A stretch of 63,115 bases of DNA, filler included, from Choristocarpus tenellus KU-1152 (Eukaryota; Protista; Phaeophyceae), in NCBI GenBank assembly GCA_964200185.2. It is 13 parts of 13 records of this genome, joined end to end, with 100 filler letters (N's around TTAATTAATTAA, not from the genome) between each part and the next. Parts side by side here need not be neighbours in the genome. Positions count along the whole stretch, not along the records: positions 36,196 to 42,366 come from CAXNAD020008770.1; positions 42,467 to 49,334 come from CAXNAD020007175.1; positions 49,435 to 52,225 come from CAXNAD020024719.1; 10 more parts are not named here. One strand, 5' to 3'. Each line of letters starts with the position of its first letter. Within the stretch, counting starts at the first letter, position 1. Made by a program: the position numbers and the translations under genes. Below are positions 38,206 to 51,985 of this stretch, in pieces. Below the pieces are notes generated by a model. The model did not search any database, had not been told where the DNA came from, and was given only the letters and a program-made list of their open reading frames with translations.

Positions 38206-38771
38206 CGACCTAGTACTACTGTCGTACTATATTTATTATTATGCCCTCTAACATTGTCGTACTATATTGTGTGATATCGTTGACATTTGGTACGTTGCAT
38301 TAAAACTGAGGAATCAAATTCCTTGCACCATACATATATATATATTACGGATCCCAAACTACAAAAAAACTCAGAAAAAATGAGGATAAGTTATATATAC
38401 TTCGAATATATTTCAAGAACTATTAAATAGAGACGATATTTGTTTTTCTTTCATAATCTGTGGAAGAAAGTTCAACGTGTAGAGTTCTATGGTTGGAATG
38501 TGTTGTTGAATGTGTTGAACAAACAGTATTAGAGTTAATTAGGGTTGGAATGTTCTTGTTACTTGCTACAATGTTGTCAACAAACAAAAATGATTCATTG
38601 AACATCCTCCCACCCCTTCACCCACAACCTCAACTGCTCGATTTTCACAACCTACTATCTTCGAGAAAGTCAAAAACCTTACACCTCTGTGGAACCTGGC
38701 AACATGGTAAACAATGTTTCAATGCTGATAGCTTGTGCGATGATGGGTTCGCTGTCCCTGCTGCAGAAAAC

Positions 38772-39221
38772 TTACGGGTTCAAGGTTACCCCTTGCCTAA
38801 CCTCAGATGGCATTTGTCGTGGCTCAGTCCATTGCAACGCGCATGATAGATCATCCATAAGCACTGTTACTCCGAGCATGACCGCCAGTCCTCTGATCCC
38901 TGCCATCAGTATCGACTCGGCCTTCCCTGCAGCGCGTCCTGCCCAGCGTGCAGCCCGCCAGGCTGGCGTCGCACTGTTCCCGGCATCACATTGCTCAGCC
39001 AAGGCAAACCCGTTTAGGGAGAGTTGCGGAGCAACGCCCATCTTCTTGGTACTTACTTTATTGGCCAGTGCCTTCGCCCCCGCATCCTCGGCCGTGACTG
39101 CTGGCCTGTGGAGCTTGGGGCGGATTGTGTTCTCGCGAACTATGATTAGTCGGCCAGTGTCTAGGCGCCTTCCCGTGTCCTTCGTGGGGTACATGTCCCT
39201 CTTTGTGGTCCTTGGTGGCAT
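38772..39221 (-). CDS. GC-rich ORF or exon of unknown function
   Basis: 149-aa ORF in a locally GC-rich island with a GT donor near 38787. No domain recognised; strand not certain. Confidence 0.3.
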   Translation of the reverse strand: MPPRTTKRDMYPTKDTGRRLDTGRLIIVRENTIRPKLHRPAVTAEDAGAKALANKVSTKKMGVAPQLSLNGFALAEQCDAGNSATPAWRAARWAGRAAGKAESILMAGIRGLAVMLGVTVLMDDLSCALQWTEPRQMPSEVRQGVTLNP

Positions 39222-42200
39222 GTCATTCTATAATGGCTTGCATGCTATTATGATGTTAGTGTAGATGGATTGGTTGTCTTGTTTATAGTTTAGGGAAAGT
39301 GTGGGATGCAAGAGGCCTTCGCACCAACGGTTTTTGTGATGTCCCCCCCTTTCTGTCTTTAGTTAAGGTGTTTCAAGTAGTGATTGTGGAAAAATGACCC
39401 TCCATATCTGGGTACTTACTAGGCAAGGCATACGAAGTGAATCTTGGTTCTTTTGTTCTATTTGTGTTGTACCCTGATCCTGTCTGTTTCAATGTTACTT
39501 ACCAGTGTTGTAAAGTAGTTAATTGTCGTTCTGTAGCTCTTGGTCCGTAACCTACGGATTACGCGCAGATTTTATCGTGCGTTCGAGCTATAAGGAGGAT
39601 TGCCAGTGCGTACGTAGCTAGGGGTGGCTAGAATTGTTGTCCACTGCTCACTGGTCGACATTAGCAATAGACCGCCAAAGGTTGGATATATTGTGGACAC
39701 AGGTAGTTTGTGTCTGGAGGGAGTTAGTAAGTACAGAGTTAGGAATGTAAAAAAAAGAACTAAGTATTGGAAAGGAAGTCAGGGTTTAGGACTTGACACT
39801 CAAAATGGGAATATAGCTTACGATATAGTGCGGGTAGAGCAGTACCTCTCATTTGATGCCTTCTTACATGCTTGTGTTGTATATTTCCTGGAAGGTTTTT
39901 GGTTCCCTATTCCGGACCCATTCTTTGCCAAGGAGTCGGTTGTGTTAGCAGTTTGCTCTGCTGTTTGTAATTAGAAGTTGAAGTCAATCAATTATCGTTG
40001 TTGGGGTAGTTAGGAACCCTGGAATCACGATGTTTTTTGTGATATCATCAGCAATCTATGTCCTGTGTCGTAAGTATTTGGAGTGCTTCTTGTCTTGGCC
40101 AGAGCATTCTCAGTTCTTCCCCCTTGCTGTATTAGTTGGTTGCCGGCAACTTCTTGAAGTGAATCCTGTTGTAATCCCCCCCTTAGGGTGGTCAAGCTAG
40201 TACGTAGTTATTATTTATATTAATAACATGCATTATGCAAAAGGCATGTAACATTTACTTACATTTTGTACATAAGCATGTATGTATGTACTAGTATGTG
40301 TGAACGTCAAGGATGCTCATAGACTAGTAACCATCATCATTACAGTACGTACGCTTATTTGTATGCGGGACGCTCTGTGCATGAAAAATGAAAGTGCAGG
40401 GGGGGCGCTCTTCATCCTCCTCTTCTCATTAGCGACAGGTAGGTGCACAGGAGGCAAGGGGGTGTATAATCACCAGTCCTACATATAATATCACAAGTTT
40501 TCCTCTGTTGCGTCTGCTTAAACACGAAATGCCACTGACTAAAGCCTTGACACACAACCACCAGAAGAATTATCTCTGTTTGGCCAATGGGGCAACCGAT
40601 TGCTCTTTAGGGGAGAGATTGCTCTACCTGTTGTAAAAACACTCAACACATACAAAATCTTTGTTTTCATTGTAACCTGTTTGTGATTTATTGTATCGGA
40701 TATTAACACACTTTTACACACAAGATAACTTCTACAGGACATTATTATGATTTGATCTATGTGATCGTTATTGTTGAAGGTACGACAGTTGGAACTAAGA
40801 TCATCATCGTCATCAGGTCCAGGCTAGTTACATATCTTCTGTTTGTTGGAATGATACAAATATTATTGCACCACATCATAGAGATTCTGCCCTTGTTATT
40901 TCTAACAATATATATCACAGTCGTACGTATTATTCTCAAACTAGGATAGCTGAAAGGAACCCTAACACTCACAATCTAATCACTGCGAGCACAAGAACCG
41001 TAATAACCGCACCCTATTCTATATCTTATATTTGTTCAATCGTACCAATATTATTATTGCAACACATTATTGCACCACATCATAACCGTAGAAACAACTT
41101 TGGTCTTATTATTTCTAACAATACATACACCATAAAATTAGGACGGCTGAAAGGAACCGTAAGAACCGTAATCGTCATCACACCTACCTCTCTATTGGAT
41201 GGAAAACTAATGTTAGTATCTCATGGACCAAAAAAATATTATTCTCAACGGCACCAAACCTACTGGATGAGAGAGACGTCATCTTCCTCAAGAAGTGTGA
41301 AGAGGAAACGAGCAATCCTCAAACTCATCACCAAACAATCAAGGTAGAGTTGACGGCTTGGCTCTCATCTTCATTATTTTCTATGAACGAAATCCTCGCG
41401 GAAAAAACACTTTGTTGTTCATATGCATTTCATTTTTTAATAGTCGTGAACGAAGAAATGACGAAACACTACGCTCTTTCGAGTGTAATGCATATTATAC
41501 ACGCTGTTCACTATGAACAAACACATTTGCTCATTACGCAACAAGAAGTAAGCAAAACATGTTTGTTACTACCTCCTATCTCCTTCTGCTTTACATGTAA
41601 TCCTTCCGTGTAGATCTAAAAAGGCAGAACAGGCTTGAGTCAACACAGCAATTGCAGGAAAGTAACTCAAAGTTACCCAATAATAGAAGAGAAGGCAATC
41701 AGTCGCAATCAAGTCAAAGAAACTAAAAAAGCATTGACAGTTAGAGAGGGACACACACCACATCCTCATGACTAAAATGGATGACACAACAACAGCCAAT
41801 ACAGCAATGCAGTGACTACAAGGGCACATACCACTATTCATGCTCCTGGCACAGCACTCAATCACCTGATTTCGCAGCTCACTGTCCAGAGGCCGATAAA
41901 GCATTTTTCACGACCATACTGTACAGACAAGGTTACACATATTAAAGCATATCATGGCAAAACATTACAAGAATAGCAATACACCACCAGCAGAACAAAC
42001 AAGAAACACTAAACGTTCCTCTTTTGTCCAAGTAGAGCAGTTCAATTTGCCCTTTCCCCCCTCTCTCAAACCAGAGAGAACGTGACGAATCCTCCTGTCT
42101 CATCACCCTACCGCACAACAAGCACAGAGCAGTAAGATGCCAAAAAAAATAACTCAGTCAATCAATCTAACACATCCCACGTCTGGACACACGCTCAACT

Positions 42201-43559
42201 ATGAGGTTGAAAACCAATGGTACACACAACAATAAGAACATCAAAAAAAATCACAGTGTCCTTCTCCACAGCAGTTGAGAGCAACATGAGAGGCCCCTCC
42301 ATGCTGTCATCATGATCATCTACTAGCACCCAGTTGCCTTCCCCTCGCTCAAAGTATCTGTGGGGGNNNNNNNNNNNNNNNNNNNNNNNNNNNNNNNNNN
42401 NNNNNNNNNNTTAATTAATTAANNNNNNNNNNNNNNNNNNNNNNNNNNNNNNNNNNNNNNNNNNNNAGGGTCAAAAACGGACGCCGGCACCCCCCCCCCC
42501 CAGATACTTTGACCCAATCTGAAGCTGCAGGGGTTGATGGTGGTAAAACTCTGGATGATGACACCAATGATAGAGATGATGACATCAATGATAGAGATGA
42601 TGACAGGGTGGATGAGACTAAGGACAGCCAATGCGACAGGGAATTTCAACGGCTCAGCATTGGAAATGGTTGGTGCAACAATTGTTGTTAACAATCGAAT
42701 ATATTGTACTTCTGAGCAAAATGTGTAGTCTACGTGCGATGAGGAATCATAGTGCTACAAAGCACCGAGGAGTAAAATGCATAGTCTGTGTTGTGAAGGG
42801 AAGTCATAGTGCTGCAAAGCACCGATGTATTTACTCGGTTGTAACTGAAGTCTTTGATCACTCAGTCAAAAGTCATCTGATGAGAGTTCAGTGTTCTTTC
42901 TTGAGATACTCAACAAAAGAAGCCCATACTCTGTGGAGAGGCTTGTTACCTTGGCGGAAAAGGGTTTCCATGGATTATTTAAATCTGGATATATAACATA
43001 CAGGCGTGCATCAGGTACACTTATTGCATAGTGAGCTTGGTGCATTATGAGGGGTCAATGACAACCAAGAATGAAATAATCAACAATAAACTTACAACTG
43101 TGTGGTCTTGTGCTTGTAAGAAGAACAAGGAGAGAGAAAACATAAAGGACAAACCAGAGAACAACTGAACAAGCTTGAATCAATATCTGATGCAACTCAA
43201 GTGACGCACACTATTCCTGTGTGTGGGATGCGGAGTGACTGTTCTGTATTGCGGTGTTCTGACGGTAACTGATGTGGTGGTAATGATGAACCAGTGACAG
43301 TAACGGCCAGTGCGTAACAGACCAATCAACAGTCAGTATTGACTGGTGGAGCTGTATCATATCAAGAAAAAAAATTGAGCAGCCAATGTCTTAACAACAA
43401 AAACACCTTTCCTCATCCCACCAGATCTGGTATCCGTCAGGATACTTCTCCAAAGAGTGAGAAAGAACCTCTCGAAACCTAGACATGCTCTACCATCAAG
43501 ACTTTAATAAAATATGGAACGCATCCATAAGAAACTTAGATAGCGCTGTTCTCACCAAA

Positions 43560-44240
43560 TCCAATAACCCCGTTTTTTTCGCTGACGCTCTCACCTCGGG
43601 AGAGTTCAAGGAGGAATGTGGGCCTTACCTAGGGACCAATCCAGAAACACCATGCATCACGTCCACGAAGTGATATCCTAACACCTTTCAGATCGAGCTT
43701 CTCGAGCAGCTCTTTTCTGACTCCCTCAGAACCCACAGTGATCTACTGAGTGACTTGTCTACAGTCGAGATCCCAAGCGTTACAGGAGGACAGCAACTAA
43801 GTGGGTTCATATTTTGGTTGAGAGATTATTTCGTACAGTCAGTCAAGAAACGCAGTGAAGGTTGCCATGTGTTCTTCGAAGATACAGAGAGGAGAGTCGT
43901 GGAAGGCTGCAGCCAATCGACTAGTCTTGCATTACCGAGCACTTATCGTAGATTCCTGGATGCCTCAAGAATGCAAAGTAACTTTCTTTTGGAGATACGT
44001 AGCTGAAGACCAATTTATTGATCTATAAGAAAAGCCACTTCCTATTCTTCCCCCTAATGTTCTACATCAGATAGGAGGAGTTCAGTCCATGGGATTTGCC
44101 CACTAAGGTGGTGCCAGTAGCCTCACCATATGTGGCAATCTTGCTTTTATTGACCTGAACGCCACAAGCATTACTCAGCAATATATATCAAATGAACGAT
44201 TATGACAAGAGCTTTCGAAGGTTTATATCCATGAAGTTCC
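43560..44240 (+). pseudogene. Possible highly degenerate LINE RT N-terminal region
   Basis: Scattered motif-like pieces (FQIELLE, FWLRDYF, DYDKSF) across frameshifts and stops. Confidence 0.3.
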
Positions 44241-47199
44241 AGAGTTCAGGGAACGGGAGGTATGTCCTGATCAAGTAATGAGAAAAACACGGGGGATCAA
44301 CTCCGCCGCAGTTTTGAAGGTCACGACTTCAAAAAACAGACGAAAATGAAGTGGTTGACTGAACTCCCCGCAAACCCTAATGCGGTAAGATCGCTGGCTA
44401 AGTTTGGCCCTTGTGGCAATACCGAAAAAAAATGCAAGATTTCTGGACATATTTTTAACCCTTTTGTAGACTTTCTGTGAGCACATACACACGACAGTGA
44501 GACAAGGAGAGCCACCAAGGCCACTCTTCCCCCTGGATCTACCCTCGGCACCTTCTCTATCGAGAGGCGACAAAAAAGCAAGTACCGTGTGACACTCAGC
44601 ACAATGTGAGATAACGAGAAAGTGCGAGTAGTTTGGCGTAACAGCATGATCAAATTACGCAAGGGATCATGCGGTCGCGATGTTGACGCTGAGAGAAGAT
44701 GTATGGAAAGCATTACCGCACAAACATGGTTGGATCTTTAGCTCTGCAGTCTCTGCCACCTCGGAAAAGCAGGAAGAGAGCGGCGAGTCCATCACCAGCT
44801 GGTACAGTGACGAAGTCTGTGGGGAAGCCTGGTCACGGCGGGCAAAGGGAGAACCAGAGTGGCCGGCAGAAGGGAAGGTTGGGGAAGAGCGCAGTGCAAC
44901 TGTGTGCCATTTCGCTTAGGAAACGCCTAAGCAATAACCCGGGCGTAGAATAGCTTAGTAGTCGACAGTTGCAGCAGACCCTGACTGTTTGGAAGCTATG
45001 CAAGTCGGAGTGGCTTAAGGAAACGAGAAAGAAGGTGTTAGGGTTGGGCTACAAGGGTTCTGAAGCCAGAAAGAAGGTCGAAAGGGCTCACACGGCGGAG
45101 GAGAAAGCGATCATTACAAAAGCAGCTGTGGAAACGTTTCGATACAACCAAATCCTTTACTTAGAAGAGGTCGCGAAGCCGGTGGAGGTAGCCATCGACT
45201 AGGACACCAGGGAAGAAGAGGAGGGGAGATTGAGACTATTTGCACACCGATGGTTTGGTGTCTCCCATCGATACGAAGTATGTTGGGTTGTGCCGTGATT
45301 AACACGTTTAGAGGCAAGTGTGTGTCATAGTGCAACAACGTACTTGTAGGTTCGGTCCAGTGCGTCTGAAGGGATGTCGTACTTAATCAGACTTTGGTTG
45401 GAGTGAAATGTGTACTGGTACGTCTGTGGCATGTTTACTCAGAGCAGACTGTGATTGATAGAAACTCTGTAGTCATTCATTGAGGCGATCAAATGAAGAA
45501 ATTCATCCTCTGTGAAGAGGGCTGTCACCTTGACAGAGAAGGGTTTCGAAGGACGGTTTTAACTGTTTATATTGCATCCCGGCGTGTGTCTTATACGTGT
45601 TGTAGAGTGTTGGGACGTCGAATCGAGTCTAATGGAGGGTGCAATGTCAGTGAAGTAAAAAATAAGAATCAACACATAATATGCAACTGATAAGAAGTAA
45701 CAGAGAAAGAAAGAAGAAGCAAAGCTTGGATCCATATCTAACATAACTACTATCATACATCTTCTGAGTGAGTTGTGAGGATGAGGTAATGAGCTAATGA
45801 TGTAAATGGGAATAGCGACCATTGCAACAGACAAATCAACGTTCAGTAAGGACTGGCGATGCTGTATCGTATCAACGCAGATCGAATGAGAGTAGCCTAT
45901 TTTTTAACAAATGTCACACCCTTTCCCCGCCTCAGCCGAAACCCTGATCGTCAGGTAGGAACTAGGACTCTCTCACAAGAACAGGACGTCCATACATGAA
46001 GAGATATGGGGTCAAACTTCGTTGCCACACCAAGGGGTTGTCAACAGTGTACTGGCAACCTTCGCACTGATGCTTCAACCTGATTTAACACTGAACTCGT
46101 AGTCCACTGTCTGTGCTGCGTTAAGGAACCAATGTGCTTCCGTTCCTGGGAAACACGGACCTCGTTCGTTCCAGAAAGCAATGCATCCAAACCCATTCGA
46201 CCAGTCACATATGTTCCCCAGCCTGTGCTTCGATCCCCACTTGCTTTAACCACAGACAGGGCGAGCGATAGAAGTCAACACCATTCGGGCAAAGGCTTAA
46301 GCCTCCATCGTCTGCCTCCCAGGACGAAGTCGATAAATGTCTAAAGGGACACCGAGTTTGTTTTCATCATGCCTATGGTCAAGACTGCTTCAGGTCCATA
46401 ACCGGCGAGTGCAGGTATACAGACGACAACTTGGTAGTTTCGATGGGATACTTCTCATACTTTTCGAGAACCCATCAAGGATCTCGGGTGCTCAATCCAC
46501 TGCAGAGTCGCGTACGATGGTAGCCTTAACAAATACACATCTCCAATACCTAACAGCGATGCAAGACTCGGAACTCCGTCCACTATTCGCGAGAAGCCCA
46601 ACCGATTCGGACGCTGGAGAGTCATCTTGAAGCCTCGCCCTGGAGTCTCAGGCTTCAGGGATCCCTTGCATTCCAAATATAGACATTAAGACTCCCATTC
46701 CCACCTCGATAATATTCGTCATGACATCTGCCCATTGTACTAGTCAAATACGGATATCTGCCCTGCTATGGCATCCACGCAAAGTCCACTCGAGAATGCC
46801 TGTCCAGGTACTACTTGACACACGTGCTGGAGGGGGGAATTACGTCTCTTCTGTTTTTTGGCGCAGAGCTGCTCTTTAGAGGGGTGACAATTGCTCACCA
46901 AATCTCAACATAGCAAACAAAGGTACCTTACATGCAGCAAACCCCAGAGGGTGCAATATTTCACCAATGCAGGTATTGGGGTCATGCAAACTTCCAATTG
47001 CGTATCCCCCAGAGGATAAAATGCGAATGGGGCATTTAGGATAGTGGTGGGGCTGCCTTACGAAATGAGAAAGTCAGGGCTTCCGACCATTCCTGCAGTC
47101 ACCATTGGTACCTCTTGTCAGAGTTCCAACACCCAGATCCTGCAGTAGCAGTATACCCTTGTCAGATCTTAGCAAATGGCGGCATTGTAGTACAAAGGA

Positions 47200-49250
47200 A
47201 AGTTCTAAGATGGATAGCTGACAGACTGGATATCGAAAAAAGAAGCAATGGACACCTTTACCTCATTACGTTTGGATTTTATCATGCCTTCTAGGACCTC
47301 TATAATCCTAACATGAGACCACGCCCAACTAATGTTCCCGCCCAAGAAAGACTCTTGCCCCGAGAGGATGTGATATGTCTCTTCCCTATAGGTACCAGTA
47401 TTAAAAAGTCGTGGAACGATGAAAGTGGAAAAGACAGGTGGTACACACATTCAGTTTTGTCTTCAAGTCACCCTACTGGAGGGCATGGTTGAAGGATGGA
47501 GATTAGGAGGAATTCAATAGGAGAAGAGATGAGTAGCTTCTCCACGAGACCTCCCAGCAGGTAACAACTGTGTACCCGAAGGATAAACTGAGGATTAGCT
47601 GGTGCATGCCAGAACAAGGGAATAAGGCATCGACAGTCATACTCACTGAAAGGAACGTAGGATAGCAGAAGTTGTACCCAAGAAGCTGCCCACACCAAAC
47701 CATACAGTAATACATATGGATTGTATAAACCGTAGTCATTATTGTATTGTATATATAAATCAAGACATTTGTTTTCTTTCTATTTTTGCATCTGATCTCA
47801 CCTGTCTGTTCTTTGAAAAAAATAGTTTTTTTCTGATCCTGTCATCCTTATTAATTTTTTATTTATACTTTATTTATATTTTATTTATATTTTATTTTTC
47901 ATTTTATATTTTTCAATTTTGTTGCTCTCATTATCCATCGATTTTTCTCCTTTCTGTTTCAAACTCCTTTTATTTATTTTTTACATATATTTATTTATTT
48001 ATTATTCCCTGTTTTACGCCTAGCTGCAGCCTTGAGTATGCTCTATGCTTGGGGGGCATAGGACAATAAATAATCAGATGTCGAATAGTTCATGAATAAT
48101 GTAAGTCTATTCCTTGATAGCACTTGTATTTTTAACTGGTAAGATTGGAATGGAAGTCCCATTAATTGTAGGTCTAATCAGAACTATATGCTTTGTAACC
48201 TTTGAAGGTTCACTTCAGAAGGAACAAATTTATACTCGGAGTAGGCCAGACGCAATCTGACTGAGATTGTATCCTCTCGTGACCTTGTGGACAGACACTT
48301 TGAAAGGGAACATGGATATAAATTAATTGCATTTGGGATGAGGGAGATCGGAACTGGTGACACATATATTCTAGGCATGTCAGAGATGTATGCTTTGTAA
48401 CTTTTGAAGGTGTGTTTTCAGAAGAAGTAGATACTCAGATTAGACCAGATGAAAACTAACTCTGGTGGTATTCTGTGACTCTCTGGGACAGATTATCCCA
48501 AGGAAAACGAGGATATTTGTTTATCTATTTCGGGCCTAGTTGGAGTTATATACTAATTTTTTTAAGGAAATACTCTGATTTGGTTCAGATATAATATATA
48601 TATATTGATTCTGACTGTGTCTTACGACTTTTGGGAATCCATTCTCAAAAGAAACTGGGAGATATATCGATCATTATTGGAAAAGAACTGGTTAATTTAG
48701 AACTGGAATACCTGTGTTGGAAGCAACTGGCAAATTTGGAACTGGAGCCCCTCTGTCATTAAATGGCAACCACTACATAGTGCCGCAGGACGATTTGGGG
48801 TGATGGATGATATTTATTGTCTTGACCTATGACAATCGCCTGCGGTAAGCGTGAAACATGTATACCTAATCCACACTGGGGGCATGTTACAGGCAAATAG
48901 TAAGAGTATTTCTTCCCGCGCTCTAACAAGTGCGAGCAGTATACATGCGTGAGGAACCTTACAAAGAGGAACTCCGATTTGCTAAAAGGTGCAGAGTAAG
49001 ATCTGTAACTCGGGAATGTATGCAACGGCTTTCAGATCTATTCCAACGTCTGTAAACCAGAACAAATAAACGGTAGATGATAAAAAGAAACAAAAGAGTG
49101 TCGCATAGGCAATGCCACCTCTCCACTTTCCTATTTTGATACCTCGTTGTAACATAGTGATATTGATTGAGAAATGTACCCTTATCTGATGACCTGACGT
49201 GCATTAGATCTGTTGACTGTCAGAGTATCCTGGTAAGCTTGTACGAGCAC
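47200..49250 (-). pseudogene. Possible highly degenerate LTR-retrotransposon integrase remnant
   Basis: VRSSDKGTF...TTRYQNRKVERWH resembles rve motifs (SDxGxxF; QNGxxER). The left boundary is poorly defined. Confidence 0.4.
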
Positions 49251-49656
49251 CAGAAGTGTCATCTATGGCTCAAAGTATCTGGCGGCTGTCCATTTGGGGT
49301 CAATTTTTTCATGTCGCAATTTTTGGGTTATTTGNNNNNNNNNNNNNNNNNNNNNNNNNNNNNNNNNNNNNNNNNNNNTTAATTAATTAANNNNNNNNNN
49401 NNNNNNNNNNNNNNNNNNNNNNNNNNNNNNNNNNTTTTTTCTTTTTTTTTTTTTTTTTTTTTTTTTTAAGGATTTTTTTAATTTTTCCCCCGGTGTTTCC
49501 CTAAATTGTTTTTTCCCCCCCCCCCCCCCCCCCCCCCGCCCAACTGAGAGTCGTAATAGTATGAACAAGTTCCAGTGCATGTGCTCCTGTTATGTCATGA
49601 GGGTATGTTGTTCTAGTATGCCGGAGAGACCAACACATAACCTCCTCTCCCCTCAG

Positions 49657-51985
49657 ACGCCTGGCTGCCATGCCAAAGGTTGTGGGAAAGCACACGCCCC
49701 CTTTCTGCTGCCTGCAGCCGTGGTCTATGGGGAAGGAGTTCCTGCAGAGATGCCAGGCGGGTGTATTTCAGGTGCAGTATTTGTTCCACGGGGAAGAGGC
49801 ACAGAATTGGAAGGGAGAGGGCAGCTCCGTGGGTACAAGGCTAAAGAAAGAGTCCCAGTTGAAATGTGTTCCATGTGTGAGGATGGGTTTGGGTGGTGGA
49901 CTGAATGAAGAGATATGGTTTGATCTTGCATACCTCCTGTACGAATTTTTGATCTATTGGACTAATTTCAAGCAGCTGTTTATTACTCCACTGAGATGGT
50001 GTGGTGGAAAATTTTCCGCTGTAGATTGTAACCTGGGCATGTCTATGGATGCTAAGTGTGCAGACAAGAGTTGCACACCACCCACAAGGTGGTGGTGATT
50101 CTGAGCCATGTAACTGGTGAAGAGGGTGTACCCTTGACAGATTAAGGTACTCAGGTGTGTCAAGAGGTGATTGTGTGTTGAAGATGGTGCGAGGATTGCT
50201 TTGCCTCTGTTAAAAGCAACTAACAAGGTACTGTAGTGTGGGGAGAGGGGTGGAAATTGTTTTATTTTTATTTTTTTAATGTAATTGTTTGTATCTTCAT
50301 GTCCAGTGTGAGGGCTCCCAGTCCAGTCCATTAGTTGGGTGTAGCTGTATTAGAGAGAACGAGTGCATTCAAGGGAAGGGTGACGGTTGGGTTTTGTAGA
50401 GAATATAGAGCGTGCAAGTGGTGGTTAGTATTCTTGTTTGTAAACCCTCCGATCTCATTATCATTTTAAAAGTATTTTTTTTTTGTGGTACGGCAATAAG
50501 GAGAATAGGTGTTTCCCCCCTCTCAGATTTGAACACCCCACGATGATTTGTCTCACCCAACATTTTATATTTCGATGTGTATGTATATATAGCCCAATAA
50601 ACAGCCTTCCGAGTAGTTTGAAATTTTTAACTGGTGAGCAAAAAATCGGAGGTCAGTGGAACGTTATAATGGTATGTGCTGTGAACGGTATATAACGAAT
50701 CCCTGCATGTACCGTTAACAGTTTTCATTCTTAGTTGTATAGGTTGTCCGGTACCACTGACTATACTGAAACTCTATATATAAAACGCTGGTCTCTTCTC
50801 CCTTTCTCCTGTGAAAACCGTTTTCAGTATGTTCTCATCCGCCTGGTGAGCACGGGCATTGCGTTGGGCTTGCAACTGGGGCACCGGCTCTATCGAGAGG
50901 GTGACTTTGATCCGAAGAAGGGTTACCTTTGGATAACGGTTGTGACGTGTGCCAGCCAATCCTGGGCACTTTACGTGCTGGTACTGTTCTATAGGTCTGT
51001 GGAACAGTCCTGTAGTGGGGGGCGAGGGGGTAGGAGGAGTTTGGGGAGGTTGGGAATGGGGGGTGGGGGGTGGGGGGGGGGGGTGGAGGCACCCTCCATT
51101 TTGATGTGAACAGCTTACTGTGGTTTTGTTGCAACGGGACACCTAACACACCTCACTTTTTTTTTTGTTTTTGTTGGTTGTTGGTTGGTGTGCTATGCTG
51201 TTGGTTGTCTTGGGCGTGTATCCCGTTTTGATCTCGTGGGTGATCCGTGCTGTGAACGTGTGGGGGGGGGTTTGTGCAGGGCCACGCACAGGCACTTGGA
51301 GCATATCCACCCCATGGGAAAGTTTTTGGCCATCATGGCTATCGTGTTCTTCAGCTGGTGGCAGGTATGAGTAACCCGGTTCTTGCGTTACACATTTTTT
51401 TTGTTCTTTCCTCCTAGGTGTCCATTTTGTTTGGGTGTGTTGATGATCATCGTGGTGCAGGTTTAGACTAAGTGAAGAGCTGTTACGATATGTAGTGATT
51501 TTAGGTGTGAATTGTCTGTTGGTCCTTGCGTGTTGCATATATATATATATTTTTTATTATTTTTTTTCTACCATGAAGATGTATCGTAGTTGGTTTGCTT
51601 GTGGGTGCAGTAAGTGCTGCCAGGTTTTCCTATTGTTGGTCCCCTGAGAAACGGGCATGTCGTGATGATTGGTCGGGCTTAGTACTACTGTGTGCTATGT
51701 TCGCAGTGCCTCTCATGTGAGAAGTGAATCCTTGAGATGACGACTGATCCGGTCTCGTTCCCTCCTTCATTCCTCCACACATGATGGCAGAAGGGTGCAC
51801 TTGCATGTAATGTATGTGGGGTTAGGGCTATGTTTGTACCCCTGGAGGCTTTTAGGTGAATGCTGCCCTTCTTTGTTTGACGCCTCTCTTGTTCATGTTG
51901 GCAGGGTATTATCATTGAGTTCCTGGAGAACCAGGGACACCTCACGGGGGTGGTTGGTCATGACCCTCCTCAGCATGTGGCACAG
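49657..51985 (+). CDS. TMEM184/OSTalpha (Solute_trans_a) family membrane protein, TMEM184C-like; internal exons 49657-49771, 50828-50994, 51280-51364, 51905-51985
   Basis: Spliced peptide KHTPPFCCLQPWSMGKEFLQRCQAGVFQ|YVLIRLVS...YREGDFDPKKGYLWITVVTCASQSWALYVLVLFYR|ATHRHLEHIHPMGKFLAIMAIVFFSWWQ|GIIIEFL. All introns are GT-AG with consistent phases. Confidence 0.93.

Noticed and set aside
42561-42605. 21-bp tandem duplication (also a 15-bp duplication at ~17841-17872)
   Set aside because: Ordinary slippage duplications with only two copies each.
47716-48069. 117-aa hydrophobic ORF
   Set aside because: T-rich low-complexity sequence giving an F/I/L/Y bias.
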